From Octopus vulgaris (Eukaryota), in NCBI GenBank assembly GCA_951406725.2, contig OX597818.1, positions 87,792,001 through 87,856,000 of the forward strand: a stretch of DNA of 64,000 nucleotides, given 5' to 3'. This document shows, piece by piece, positions 27,290 to 42,962 of the stretch; position 1 is the stretch's first letter; every line of letters begins with the position of its first letter. Both the position numbers and the translations under genes were made by a program. Below the pieces are notes generated by a model. That model made no database searches and was not told the DNA's origin. It saw nothing but the letters and a program-made list of their open reading frames with translations.

Positions 27290-28052
27290 TAGAAAGGTTT
27301 TGGCCAGTATTGGCCCAGGCCATGTCTAACTTAATAGCACCACCTGGCGAAGTTTTTCAATTCAGGATTTGGGCACCGAGGCCCATTCGAGCAGAGAGTT
27401 ATTGTTTGTGGAGACATATCCGGGTGTGGGTGGTTTGTCCGGGACTGTTTGAAAGAATTTGTCCAAAGACTTCTTGAATTTTGTGTGGTCAGTTTCTGTT
27501 TTGACGTGTCCTGGTGTAATGTTGAAGAGAGCGGGTCCAATTGAGGTGAAATAATTGTGCCGTATTGTCGTTATGTGATGCGATTTAGATTTTTGTTGTG
27601 GACGGTTGGCACGTGGTGCAAGCCTTGGATGTATTTTGAAGGTGATGCCAACGTCATTCGGACAGTGCTGATGGAATATTTTCCACATCATACCGATAAC
27701 GTAGCGTTCACGGCGTCGTTGGAATGAATACAGTTTCAGCTTCTCTAGTCTACCCCAGTAGTCAAGGTCTGACATGCCATCTATCTTTTTTGTGATTGAC
27801 CTTTGGGAAGCTTCAATTCTCATAATATTTTGTTTTGTGTATGGAGACCACAGTGGACAGCAGTATTCATGGTGGAGTCGGCAAAAGTGGAGAAGAGAAG
27901 GATAATAGTGTGGGAATCTCTCGACTGGAAGGTTCTGAGAATCCAGGAACACATTCTGCGGGCCATTTCAACTTTGCTGCTTATATGTGTAGCCCAGCTT
28001 ATGTTGTTGTCCACTGTTACTCCCAAGTCTCTGATGTTGTTGGACGCCATGA
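27290..28052 (-). mobile_element. 3' portion of a CR1-clade LINE
   Basis: RDLGVTVDNNISW..H, EYCCPLWSPY, LKLYSFQRRRERY, GPALFN.. over two frames. Confidence 0.85.
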
Positions 28053-28053
28053 G

Positions 28054-28099
<46 letters not shown>

Positions 28100-28681
28100 T
28101 CGTTTATTTACGCTGCGTTCTTCGTTCAAATCCCGCCACAGTCAATTTCGCCTACCACAAATTTATGGGTCGACAAGTCCAAAGCCAAAAACACAGGAGA
28201 TAGTGGAGAGGTCAGACGGAGACGGCTGCTTATAGCAATCAGTAATTACCACTACCATTTTGTAACATCTAACTTGAGATCAGTTGAGATAGTGTTGATA
28301 GGGGGTATAGCGTAGAGTCACCAGTATTAGTGCTGAAGAAGCAAAAAATAGAGAAGGTTACAATAGACTGGAGTTCACTGAAGAATTAATGTTTTGTCTA
28401 AAATGACTGGAGAACCGGGAAGATACCAACCAGTGTTATTTCAGGAGTTTTATCAATTTTCATGCCGCCTTCCGGACTGGTTAACCTTTACTGAATAACT
28501 TCGTGCTGCCTGACAGCTTCGGTTTGGTTCACTGATATAACGTTGAATAAACCGTGTACGGATGTCCATGAACGAGTGTGCCTATATATATGTATATATA
28601 TATATATATATATATGCGCGCGTGTGTGTATTCTTGTGTGTGCGCGCGCGCGGTTTACGCTTATATGTGTATATATAAGTA

Positions 28682-28763
<82 letters not shown>

Positions 28764-29278
28764 CATGTATGTGCGCGCGTGTGTGTATGTGTGTGCGTGC
28801 ATACATATAGATAAATAACTGATACATACATACATAAATACATACATACGTACATAATACATACATACATATATACATACATACATATATACATACATAC
28901 ATACATACACACTTAGATAAATAGATAGACTGTTAGAAGCTGATTCACTTTATTTCTGGTATTGAGAACCTGGTTTGTATACACTAATGTATATTCATTT
29001 ATTAGCGCGCGCACACACACACACACACGCACGCACACACACGCACGTACACACACATACGCACACAAACACACACATACATACACGGCTTAATAAATTG
29101 TTAAGTGCAAATATCAATTATTTTGCGAAACTCATGTAGTTCTTCATGAAATTCATTGTTTTTTCGCAACAAACAATAACATTAATATTAATACCATATA
29201 TAAACAAAGATACATGCATGTATAAATGTGTATGTATATATGTATATATATATATAAGTGTGTGTATATATATACATA

Positions 29279-30430
29279 CAGGGTGTCCCGAAATCAAGGC
29301 AACCGAAGTTCCGGGCTTTAATAACTATCAATAAATGTGGTAAGATATGAAAATTATACATCATTTTAAAAGCTTTGTGCGTCTTCTTTTCGTTTCAGAC
29401 TAAATAAATTCAGATTTATTAACAAAATAATGGCTATAGACCGAAATACAATCATAACCTTCCACAAAGGAGGCGAGAGTCATGCAGCTATAAAAAAAAA
29501 AGCTTAAAATTAAACAAATGAAAGTCTAGAAAATTGCCAAGACATTTCAAGACCGTTTACACCCCTGATCGATCATGACGTAGCCGAAAAAGAAGTGTGC
29601 GGACCCCTCAGTTTATCACAGGTACCAGAGAAAGGATACGACGAAATCCTAGTCGCTCCGTCAGAAAACTGGCTGCTGTAGCAAAAATAGGCCGAACATC
29701 GATGAAACGAGTGCTGGAGGCGGATCTTAGAACCCACCTCTACTAGATGATCCGTCGTCATGAGCTCCAGCAAATTTATAAAGCCGTGAAACAGGAGAGA
29801 GTTCGTCCTATCCTGCGAAAGATTGCTGACGGCACGCTGCCCAACCTGGTGTTCACTGATGAAAAGAAATTTGACATCGAACAGATAGTAAACAATCAGA
29901 ATGACCGACTTTAGAGTGTATCTGGTTCCGTCGAGGGTAGGCTCGTAAATCGATGTCAAAATCCAGTCATTTATGGTTTGGGCGGCTGTGACAGCCAATG
30001 GAAGGTCTCCTCTCGTTTTTGTGTCCTCGGGTGTTAAAATTAACACCAAGCGATACATTAGCGACATTCTGGAAGCTGAGCTGCTTCAACGGACTAACAA
30101 GCACTTTCAAAGTGCACTTTGGAGCTTCCAACTGGATTCAGCACCATCTCGCAGCTCCTACACTGGATTCAGAAAAACACTCTGTCGTTCATCGGTAAGG
30201 ATGTATAGACCTCAAGATGTATGGATCTCAATCCGTTGGATTTTTCTGTTTGGTCCATTTTGGAAACGAAGGTCTCGAGCACGCCTCATGCTTCACTCGA
30301 CGCCCTGAAGGCAAAACTGCGCTAGGAATAAGCTTCGATTACACTAGAATAGCTGGATGCTGTGTGAAGCATTGCACGCCTAGACTTCGGTTGTGATTCG
30401 AAGCAGAGACGGTCATATTGTATAAATGTG
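29279..30430 (+). mobile_element. Tc1/mariner-superfamily DD37D (maT)-like transposon with a disrupted transposase
   Basis: TA|CAGGGTGTCCC left end; ATG 29430; VFTDEKKF, MVWAAVT..G.SPLVF, FQLDSAPS, DLNPLDFSVWSILE. Frameshifts; right TIR not seen. Confidence 0.85.
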
Positions 30431-30562
30431 GTAGTGTCATAATTGTGTTCCCTTTACCATTACATAACAATGCTCCTGCACGGAATATAACAATACTCTG
30501 CTTTGGTAAAATTGAAATATATATATATATTTATATATATTTGTGTGTGTGTGTGTGTGTGT

Positions 30563-30873
30563 GAAGGCGGGTAGCTTAGTAGTTAGGGTATTTTGCTCAC
30601 GAATGTAAGGTCGTGAATTCAATTTCTGGCGACAAGTTGTGTCCTTGAGCAAGACAATTTATTTCACGTTGCTCCAGTCCACTCAGCTGGAAAAAATGAG
30701 AAGTAGTTTCTGTGTTTCATAGGGCCAGCCTTGCCACATTGTGTGTCACGCTGAATCTCCCTGCAAACTACGTTAACGGTACACATGTCTGTGTTCAGCC
30801 ACTAATTACACAAGCAGGCTGTTCTGCTGATCGGATCATCTGGAACCCTCGTCATCGTAACCGACGGAGTGGC
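30563..30873 (+). mobile_element. tRNA-derived SINE family C (also ~23698, 24640, 35600, 38735-39221, 39820; minus 4270, 63890)
   Basis: tRNA-like head, GTCCTTGAGCAAGAC motif, same tail as family B. Confidence 0.8.
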
Positions 30874-30951
<78 letters not shown>

Positions 30952-30987
30952 ATATCTATCTATATATCTATCTATCTATCTATCTAC

Positions 30988-31046
<59 letters not shown>

Positions 31047-31055
31047 CCTACCTAC

Positions 31056-31174
<119 letters not shown>

Positions 31175-31219
31175 GCTAGCTATCTATCTATATCTACATA
31201 TATATATATATATATATAA

Positions 31220-31301
<82 letters not shown>

Positions 31302-31389
31302 TTGAAATTGACAAAAAAACAAAAGACGAAGACAAGTGTATAAACAACAAGCAGGTGTATTAGTTTAACGCTCGGGAATGTGAAAAACT

Positions 31390-31425
31390 CTTTTACGTTT
31401 CGAGCCTACGCTCTTCAACAGAAAG
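31390..31425 (-). ncRNA. Minimal hammerhead-like motif with an extra A after the core
   Basis: CTTT-CTGTTGA-A-GAGC GTAG GCTC-GAA-ACGT-A-AAAG, in a TA-flanked fragment ~31300-31710. Confidence 0.5.
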
Positions 31426-31709
31426 GAACACGAGTAAATAAACAAAGACAGAATAAAAAAAAAACTTGTGTCTTTAGCGATCAATCATGGTGACACATAT
31501 ATACTTAAAGGCTCTGACAGGGATTTGGTAAGTCGGAACAAACAAAACCTCTCTCGGGCACGAGACAGGGGTTTAGTGGATGCTGACCTGAGAGTCGGAG
31601 TGCGTAGGATTAGGATCCAGCAGATAGCCACTGGTCTCTCCTTGGCTCTCCGTCCCAAGACGGACCGGTGTATTGATACAGCTCTCTTAGCTTCATAGGC
31701 AGTCAATGC

Positions 31710-31742
<33 letters not shown>

Positions 31743-31918
31743 TTTATAATTAGGGTTCAGCAAAGATTTGCTTCACCACATACCGAAGTTTAGAAATAGC
31801 AGTCAAAAAATCTTAGCTATTCCCTTTACTTTAAAAGGGGCTCCCAGAAAAACCAAAGTACTTGAAAACAATCCACGCAGGCAAAAGGGAAAAATAACGA
31901 AAATCAATCGAGATTAGG

Positions 31919-31971
<53 letters not shown>

Positions 31972-31982
31972 TATAAATACAT

Positions 31983-32086
<104 letters not shown>

Positions 32087-32239
32087 GTCCCTCAATATCG
32101 AGCCCTTAGTATATCGTGGATTTTTCTGGCTAATATAAGTAAATTTATATTGCGGCCGATAAGTATTGACTTTTGTGTCACTATGCTCGAAACGTCAAAA
32201 TTATCTCTTTTTAGTAAGCGTTAAGCTAACACATTCCAA

Positions 32240-32290
<51 letters not shown>

Positions 32291-32293
32291 ACA

Positions 32294-32528
32294 CAGGGTG
32301 GCCCAAAAGTAGGTTTACAGTTATCGTGTAGGCACTTTAGATTTCTTTTAAAACATTATTCTATAACATTTAAATTTCTGTCTTACAAACTGAAAAGGGA
32401 GCTTGACTAAATTAACTAAATTAGCATAGAATAATTGTGTTATATTTTTTGATAATTAAGATCAAAATTGTTAATATATTTATGCGAAAGAGATAGTTGA
32501 ATAACTGTAAACCTACTTTTGGGCCACC

Positions 32529-32531
<3 letters not shown>
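32294..32531. mobile_element. Tc1/mariner MITE
   Basis: 31-bp perfect TIRs CAGGGTGGCCCAAAAGTAGGTTTACAGTTAT, within TA repeats. Confidence 0.88.
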
Positions 32532-32564
<33 letters not shown>

Positions 32565-32957
32565 CAACACGCGGTGCACACACATACAAATGCTGAAAAT
32601 TAGTCTAACACATTTACATGAGACTTTGGCACGCACAATGGGACTCTTTTAAATATAGAATTATAACTTCATACATACATGCAAAGGCACAATTACACAC
32701 ATACACGTACATAGAGAGCATACATGAGCAGACATACGCACACACACATTCCCATACAGAGATTAAACGAATTATTTATGTTGCTTAGTGTTTGCTGTGT
32801 CGTTCGTACGTCTGTATGTAAATACATTTGAAGCAGCAGTGATGTCACTCGAAATTCTCTCAAAAGAACATAAATTTGTGCAATATGGAAATTGTTATAC
32901 ACATGCGTACGCACACACGGACGCGCTTACACAAGCACACACACTCGTGTGCGCGCA

Positions 32958-33021
<64 letters not shown>

Positions 33022-33121
33022 GAGAGAGAGAGAGAGAAAGAGGAAAGAGATAGAGAACATAAATTTGTTTAATATGGAGATTTATGCATATATCGATACA
33101 TATACACACACATATATGTCT

Positions 33122-33154
<33 letters not shown>

Positions 33155-33250
33155 CACACACATTTATAAATATATGTATGTATATGTACACACACACACC
33201 ACACACCACACACATACATGTATATACCCGTGTCTCTATGTGAGTGTACA

Positions 33251-33309
<59 letters not shown>

Positions 33310-33311
33310 TT

Positions 33312-33398
<87 letters not shown>

Positions 33399-34696
33399 AA
33401 TATATAATGTATGCATATATATACACATCCATTTATGGATATGTGTGTGTGTGCATTTGTGTGTATGTATGTATAAAAAGAGATAAGAAAATGCCAAAGG
33501 GCATAAAGTATAATGCGTATTTACAATAAGTCTTCAGATCAGACCGATGCCTAACTCCGAGGTTAAGCGCAGTGATACGGGATCAGTAGAAACAAGCATT
33601 AGTTACAGGCAACTCCGCAGCTATGTGCATTTATCTTCTCAGAAATATATTCATTTCTTGAAGATGAGTTAGGTCACTGGTACAGCTCACGCTACAATAC
33701 TTCCGCACACATCTGCCTTATGCATATGGACAGATCATTTTCCAATGTACGCCTACCTCAGAAATAACTATAAAGAATCAACTACAATGTAATGTCTATC
33801 CCTTGGGAGACCTTCACTAGCGGCCCATGAATTTTATTTACCGAAAACGGTTGAAACAACACGATGGGCCTCTTGAATTATTTTTGTATCTCATGAACAA
33901 TATTAGTATATGATTTTCATATATTTGTACTTGTCGTCCCCGAATCACTGTGAACTTTCTCCTGATGAATTCTTTCTTTTGGTTTCCTGCTAGATTTATT
34001 TATTTTTCTACTCTCTTCTGTATAAATGTATTATGACTTGATGTCTTGCGAATCCCTATTCATATTGTGTTCTATTCTGTTATGCCTACACACGTATGTA
34101 TGTATGTATTTTCGTACGTACGTACGTATGTATGTATGTATGTATGTATGTATGTATGTATGTATGTATGTATGTATAACAACAATACTAGTAATAATAA
34201 TAATAAATTAAAAAAAACTTTTAAATTAAACAAAAAAAACTTAAATAGTTATTTATTTCTATTTGTTTATTTATCTGTGTATTTTATTTATTATGTTTTC
34301 GGTTTTGTTTATATTGTAACCAGTTTATTGGGATCCTCTACCGTCATATTGGCTAAACTGGCAAACTGACCATTCCGAAATATAACAATATCTGTTTCAC
34401 CACACGACTTCACATAAAAAATCTTGCACAACAAATATATAAACGTACTATATATATTATTGTTTTGAGTATAACTGTTATTGGGGTAAACGCCTTTCAA
34501 CCTGCCCTTGTTCTAAGCGAACTTCTTAGCTGCATAGACATACCTAAATAGATATAAAATTTATAGTCACGGAATAATTATGCTGATATCTACTTCAAAT
34601 TCCCACTTAGCGACATATTAATACAGTAGCTTACGGCAACAATAATCGGCTGTCGTTTGGACTTCACGAGACCTTCTTAAAATCACCTTCTTCAAA

Positions 34697-35155
34697 TCTA
34701 TCTGTACATCTTGACAATGGCCAGCGTGTATATTTCACAGAAGACAATGCTCGAATCGTAGTTCTGAATCCATGAGTAACCACTTTGACAGCTTTGACAA
34801 ATTATGCCAATGTGATCTGTTTGCCCGAACACTGTTGTATGTAGAGGTCGCCATGTACTATACCTGGGCACACAATAAATGGAACAGACGCAAGCAAGGA
34901 ACATGCATTGAGGGCTGGGAAGAAGATGCTGTCTTCAGAAGTGGGACCATCGAGCGGGTGTACACTGTGCACCCTAATCAGCAGGAGTGCTTCTTTCTGC
35001 AACTACTGTTACACACTGTCAGAGGTCCTGTATCATTCACAGACTTTCGAAGACACAATGGGAAGTCTGCACGACCTATAGAGAAGCCTGCACCAAATAT
35101 GGACTACTGGAGGACGATGCTCACTGGGACCAGTCACTGGAGGAGGCAGCAATCA
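34697..35155 (+). pseudogene. Helitron Rep-helicase fragment
   Basis: VHLDNGQRVYF, FARTLLYVEV..YYTW, RVYTVHPNQQECFFLQLLLHTVRGPVSF, TYREACTKYGLLEDD. Confidence 0.88.
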
Positions 35156-38100
35156 GCACAAAGGAAGAACAAAAATGTTGTTTATCAAGAAGCTCTGCAA
35201 ATTTAATAAGGTTCACCAAAACATCAAGTATTTATTTTTTAACTGTAATATTTGTAAGTGTTGTAAATCTGAGTTCAAATTCCGCCGTGGTCGACTTTGC
35301 CTTTCTTCCTTTCGGGATCGATAAATAAAATACCATTTTAGTATTGGGGTCGATGTAATCGATTTGACCCCTCCTCACAAATTTCAGGACTTGCGCTTAT
35401 AGCAGAAAGGAGTATTATATACAATAAGGAGTTTTAAATATACTCCAAAAGATTAAAGTAATTTGAACTCTGCATGTGTATGACTTTTCTTCACTGTATA
35501 TTAACCTAAATTTGAAAATGGTAGAAAAAAAGCAGATTTAGAATTATTGATATAAGACATAGTTATAAGTTATAAATATATCTCCATTAAAAACGGTGAA
35601 GGCTTTCGGTCCCTGTCCAGTTGTCATAATTTTGGCAAAAATGAGCTGTACCTGTAATTCAAAGAGCCATCCTTGTAGCATTCTGTGTCACGCTGAATCG
35701 CTCTGAGAACTTCGTTAAGGGTACGTGTGTCTGTAGAGTGCTATGCCACTTGCACGTTAATTTCATGAGCAGGTTGTGCCATTGATCGGATCAACTGAGG
35801 CACTCGTCGCAACCGATGAAGTGCCATCACTTGTTTAAATAAAGTTAGATTAATGATGTTTAACTTTATCATTAATAACACATATATTGCTATAGCTGGT
35901 AGGATATTTAAAAAAATTAAGGGTGTTCCGATGGGTTATAATTGTAACCCTTTATTAGATGACATATTTATTTTCGTGTGAGATTAGTTTTCTTAAGGAT
36001 TTATACAAACGGAAAAGAAATAGATTTACTTAAGTAGCTTAGTGGTTGCTGCAAATACATCGGTGATATTTTTATTCCTACTTATAATTATTTAGAAAAT
36101 TTGTCTGGGAAAATATATTCAGAAGATTTCGTAGCTAATAAAAGTGGTGTCACGGCAGATGTGTTAATTATTTGGATGTTAAAGTAGTTTATGTGGATAA
36201 AAAAGGTTGTGACTAGCATTTATAATAGAGTTGAAAACTTTAATTTTCGTATTGCATCTTTGCCCTGAACATTAAATAGTATGCAGTTAAGATAGAGTAC
36301 AATGTTTTCTCCAGTTAAGGTTTTAAGTACGTTATGATTATAAATGAGGTTAGTATACTTTTGGAAAGAGTTAAAATGTTGATGCTGCATATGGAGAAAG
36401 CAAAGATACATTAAGTTGCTAGTTAAATGTTTAACTGTTGCTTGGGGAGCCATAATGACATTTTGAGGCAATTTAAGGTAATTTCTTGTTTATGCCTTCG
36501 TAAGAATCTTCGGAATAATTAGTTTGAATTAGCGTTAATAGTAACGTAATTGTTTTATAATTTGGGGGTAGAACGTTACTTCCTCTAGAGAGTAATCTTT
36601 GGATTTTTGCTAATACTTTAGTTTCAAATTTTTGGTACAAGGCAATAAAGTTTGGAGAAGTGGGTAAATTGATTTCATCGACTCCAGTGTTCAACTGGTA
36701 CTTATTTTATCGACTCCGAAAGGAGGAAAGGCAAAGTCGACCTCAGTGGAATTGGAACTCAGAATGCAAAAGTCGGACGAAATGCTGCTAAGTATTTTAC
36801 CCGGTGTGCTAACGGTTCTGCAAACTTCTGCTTATACATTACGATCGGTATTTTGGCGGTGAACAGCAGTTGTGGTACCTTGTTCGTGAAGACCATGCTA
36901 TTTACATAATGAATATTTTCGTAATGGTTCGTTTGTTGCAGTCAATTTTAAGTTTTTCTCATGTGTTATAATGATTTTCTTTTTAAGAAAATATTGGTTT
37001 AAATATATTTCCTATAATTAAAGTATCACGGTATCGACCAGACTGTCGGATGTTATTATACATCGCTGGACACAATGCACTTAGCATTGTTTTAACGTTC
37101 GAATGAACGCCAGCCCACTGGCTTGGCGAGCAAGTCAACCTTCCCACTGATCGGAAGGCTTTTGTCACAGTGACTGGACATAAATTGAAGTGTTTTGCTC
37201 AAGAACGTAATGCACCGCCCAGTCCGGTCCAGGAATCGAACCCATGATCTAGTGAACCTGGGCTCAATACTCTAACCACTAGACCACACGCCTTCACTAA
37301 GATGTGTATATTTAATCCTTTCTATTACACAAGGCACAAGGCCCGAAGTTTGTGGGGAGGGGACTAGTCGATTACATCGACCCCAGAATATCACTGGTAC
37401 TTAATTTATCAACCCCTAAAGGATGAAAGGCAAAGTTGCCCTCGGCGGAATTTGAACTCAGAACGTAGCGACGGGCGAAATACCGCTAAGCATTTCGTCC
37501 AGCGTGCTAACGACTCTGCCAGCGCACAGCCTTTATTATTTTTTTTTTATTTATGCGCCCTTTTTAAGCCTAGCCAGGCTCATAGGCTCGGTTTCCCGGT
37601 TTCTGTGGTGTATGTGTTCCCTCCAACTGGACGGGACGCCAGTCCATCGCAGCGTTACTCAAGAAACAGGAAGATTGAGAGAAAGTTGGGCGAAAGAGTA
37701 CAACAGGAGTCGCCACCACCCCCTGCCGGAGCATCGTGGAGCTTTTAGGTGTTTTCGGTCTGGGAATCGAAACCGCGATCCTCCTACCGCGAGTCCACTG
37801 CCCTCACCACTGGGCTATTGCGCCTCCACCTTTAGTGTATATTTAATATCTATAAGTCTATATATGGTTTATTCCCTTGTGTTGTTTTGAGCTGATTGAT
37901 ACTTAGAAGTGAAAGCGATAGGTTATTTCGCTGATTTGCATTTAGTTCGTTTTAATTATGCTTCAAAGGTCGCTCGGTGCTAACGTCTGTTCATTGATGT
38001 TCTTTAATTAATCTATATATACTTACGGTTATAGAGTGATTATGTATATATATTTACGGTTATAGAGTGATTATGCCTTCGATTATTATCATTTTCCGTT

Positions 38101-38669
38101 TTAAGTGTTTGTATCGTATTTATTTTTCGATGATATTTAATAACGTCTGTTTACTACGTTTAGTTCGCTAGTTTATTTTGATGTTTTATAACTTTTAAAG
38201 TTCTATAATTCTTGGGTAGCAATGTCTGTTTTTTATTAAATTTCTGTTTTTTTTTCATTCTATATTTTATTTCATATTCTCTATGTTTGGTAGTTATAGG
38301 TATGTGACAATTTATACGTGATGTTTTGTGTTCTAGTTGTGTATTGCAACTATAAGCAGATGTTGGCATAAGGAACATATTGCAATAATGATTTGCTCCT
38401 CTTCTAAAAATTAATTCTTAAGCAGCATTTATGTTTTCTTACGCTGTCGACACTGCCAAATCAAAAGCTTCTAAACAGGTGTCGAAACGATAATGATATC
38501 TGTTTGGTAGCTGATGATGGACGTATATGTTTGATGGGCGTCTTCATTTGTCTGTGTTGTTGACTGTGAATTTTTTGTATCTCTGCACCTTGTATTTTAT
38601 CTTTCATTGAGATTCTCTTTTTGGTAAGGCTTAAACTATCTTGTTTAGGAAGTTTATAATATATGGCGG

Positions 38670-38700
<31 letters not shown>

Positions 38701-41700
38701 TGTATGTATGTATGTATGTATGTATGCATGTGTAGAAGCACGTAGTTTACTACATAAGATATTCAGCTCAAGATTGTAAGGTCGTGGGTTCGATTCCTGG
38801 CTACGCGTTGCGTCCTTGAGCAAGACACTTTATTTCACATTGCTCCAGTCCACTCAACTAACAAAAATGTATTGTACTTGTAATACAAATTATTCAAAGG
38901 GCCAGCCTTATGCCATTCTGTGTCACGCTGAATCTCTCTAAGGGTACGCCTGTGAGTTCAATTCCCGGTGACGCGTTGTGTCCTCGAGCAGGATGCTTTA
39001 TTTCACGTTGCTTCAGTCTACTCAGCTGGCAAAAAATGAGTTGCACTTATGATTCAAAGGGCCAGCTTTGTCATATTCTGTCACACTGAAAACCCTTGAA
39101 AACTACGTTAAGGGTACACGTGTCTGTGGAGTGTTTAGGCACTTGCACATTGATTTCATGATCATGTCCTTCCGCTGATCGAATCAGCAGGAACACTCAT
39201 GGTTGTAACAGACGGAGTGCTAGTATGTATGTATGTATGTATGTATGTATGTATGTATGTATGTATGTATGTATGTATGTATGTATGCATGTATGTATGT
39301 ATGTATGTATGCATGTATGTATGTATGCATGTATGTATACATGTATGTATGTATGAATGTATGTATGTACTATGTATGTATGAATGTATGTATGTATGTA
39401 CTATGTATGTGTATGTGTGTATGTATGTGTGTATGTATGTATGAATGTATGTATGCATGTATGTATATGTGTCTATGTATGTATATGTATGTATGTATAT
39501 GTGTGTATGTATGTATGTGTGTATGTATGTATATATGTACATATGTATGTATATGTGTGTGTATGTATGCATGTATGTATGTATGTAAATGTGTGCATGT
39601 TTGTATGTATGCATGTGTATGTATGTATGAATGTATGCATGTGTGTGTCTGTATGTATATGTATGTGTGCATGCATGTTTGTACGTATGTATGTGTGTGT
39701 GCGTGTATGTATGTGTGTGTATGTATGTATGCATTTATGTGCGTGCATATGTATGTATATGTGTAATGTGTGCATGTGTCTGTGTTTGTACGTTTGTGTG
39801 TGGGGGATGAAGGGGCGTGACAACGGTTAGGGTATTCAGCTCTTGATAAGGGCGTGAATTCGATTCCCGGCGTTGTGTCCTTGAGCAAGACGATTCATTT
39901 CACGTTACGGCTGTCCACTCAGGTGGCAAAACTGAGTTGTTCCTGAAATTCAGAAGGCCAGCCTTGTCACATTCTGTGTCATGGAGAAATACGTTGAGGG
40001 TACGCGTGTCTGTGGAGTACCCAGCCTCTTGTACGTTAATTTCCCGAGCAAGAGCAAGCATTTTCGTTAATTGGGTCAACTTGAACCCCCGTTGTCGTGA
40101 AAAGTGGATAAATTCTAAAGTATACCAACAACGTCTAATATAAGTAATGTATTTTAACTTATTGGTCAGTGAAGGTAGATAATGGGAGAGATAGCAAAGA
40201 GGAAGCCAGGGTGTGTCATTAAGATTATAAGAAAAAAATTCAGTAACGTTATACAGCATATGAGAGATAGTACTTTTTGAGAGGAAATATATTTCAAATT
40301 TAAATTTGAAAAATAAAGAAGGAAAAGTAATTTAAACCAAGATAGAACTAAAAAATAAATATCACTCAAAAGCAAGATTTCAAGGGATGGAAAGTAGTGA
40401 GAGATAAGCAAATACAAAAAAAAAAGCATATAAATTGATAAATAAACATGTTGAAAATAAAAACCGTGATAAATGAATGGATGATAATTAAAATCCAAGA
40501 AAGTTTGACGTAATTCTGAGCACTAAGTGAATTAAATAAAAAAAAATATATTAAGCAAATAGCACTGTCAAGGGAAACAGAGTGTACCCTTGATGATATT
40601 GATAATTTTAAAGAAATCACTAAATATGAGGAAGAGATTGGGATAAATATTATTTGAAGAATTGAGATAAATAGGGGAAAAAAATGGAAAAAGAAAGCCA
40701 TAAAATAAATTAATGTAATAAAATAACGATCGGAGAACCACTCCTTTAACAGAGCAACAAGACTATTCTTATCTAGTTAAGGAAATTAAAATATATACAT
40801 GTATATGTGTATTAGTATCTTTACTTTTTGACCGGCAGATTTAGAAAATAATTTTTTGTAACTAAACACTTTGAAACTTCGTATACTGGAAGAATGTGTC
40901 ATATAAAACAGCTTTTACTCTTAGCGTTTTTGAGAAAAGTTTATATTTACGAAGTTATTTCGTGTTAAAGTTGTCGTATTTCGGTAATTTCAACCAATCA
41001 ATGACGTGTATTCAGCTGAATAGAATTACTGCGTGACACAGAGTGTGACAAGGCTAGCCCTTAGAAATGTCCAAAGTTCGAAAGTGTTTAGTTGCAAAAA
41101 ATTAATTTCTCGATCGAGAATGTTGTATCTTAATTAGTATTTCTCACTTTTAAGTTCCAAATATATTTACTTAAAGTAGAAAAGTCTTTTTTCCATCTTA
41201 ATTAAATATCCTGACTTCTTTGATATCTCTCTCACTCTTTAGCTTCAGTGGTCAATAAGTTAAAATTTATGACCTATATCCGATGTTACTATAGCTTAGA
41301 ATACATTCACTTATATCTAGTTTTTAGTGTCGGGGTGCAATGGCCCAGTAGTTAGGGCAGCGGACTTGCGGTCGTAGAATCGCGGTTTCGATTCCCAGAC
41401 CCGGCGTTGTGAGTATTTATTGAGCGAAAACACCTAAAGCTCTACGAGGCTTCGGCAGGGGGTGGTGGCGAACCCTGCTGTACTCTTTCACCACAACTTT
41501 CTTCCTGCTTCTCTTGTATCTGCATTTCTAAGGGCCTGCCTTGTCACACTCTGTGTCGCGCTGAATCTCCTGGAGAATATGTCTGTGGAGTGCTCAGCGA
41601 CTTGCACGTTAATTTCACAAGCAGGCTGTTCGGTTAATCGGATCAACTGGAACGCTCGCCGTCGTAACCGACGGAGTGCCAGGAGTTTTTAGTGGTGGTA

Positions 41701-42228
41701 GCGGGAGACAGCTTGATTTTAAATACGATAGGAATTCTTACCACATTATATTTCATCCCCACACACGGTTTCTATCCTATTCCTCCTCAGTACTCCTTGC
41801 GCAGTATCGTCTTTGGTCAGTCACCAATACAACTAATACAACTACCAAAATCTGATTGAACTCTCCTCTAAAATCTTACAGTGTTATCGTGCCTTGAGAA
41901 CAATATGCCAGCATTTACTTTATAGATCTGCGTAATACTATAATCTATTAACAATATGAGAAGGTATTAACGTATCAGAAACGTACGTTGGCAATTCATA
42001 TATAATAAATTATCAATTAAAGATGTGTTACTTTCCATTCTTCTTTGGGTTTTTTTAATACACTATGGAATATTTTAGGAAATTGTGAATTAAAGATGTG
42101 TAACTCTCCATTCTTCTTTGTAAGCCTAATACTTATTTTGTCGGTCTCTTTCCGAACCGCTAAGTTACAGGGACATAAACACCAACATCAGTTTTCAAGC
42201 GATGGAGGGGCACAAACACAGAGACACA

Positions 42229-42295
<67 letters not shown>

Positions 42296-42404
42296 CAAAA
42301 TGGGACAAGAACGCAAAACATTCAAATAGACGATACAAAAAACGGACGGGTCATTCGAAGCCTCTAATCTTCAGTCAAGAACCGGATCATCCTCGCAATT
42401 TCGG

Positions 42405-42534
<130 letters not shown>

Positions 42535-42843
42535 TACACGGCGGGCTTCTTTCAGTTTCTGTCTACAAAATCCTTTTAAAAGGCTTTTGTCGGCCCGGCG
42601 CTATAGTAGAAGACACTTGCCCAAAGTGTCACGCAGTGGGACTGATCCCGGAACTATGTGGTTGGGAAGCAAGCATCTTACCACACAGCCACGCCTGCTT
42701 ATTAAATGATATTTATCCCTCACTGGATAGAGTACTTATTTTGTTGAGCCCACTAATTAACGGAACAATACACTACACACACATTATATATATACTTTAT
42801 ATATGTGTATGTGTGTGTGTGTATGTATGGATATATATATATG

Positions 42844-42902
<59 letters not shown>

Positions 42903-42913
42903 GTGTGTATATA

Positions 42914-42962
<49 letters not shown>

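Noticed and set aside
28096-28570. Possible solo LTR
   Set aside because: No clear TSD or second copy in the window.
33545-33590. 5S rRNA-like segment (CCGAGGTTAAGC..TCAGTA)
   Set aside because: Similarity too short; C box and terminal stem absent.
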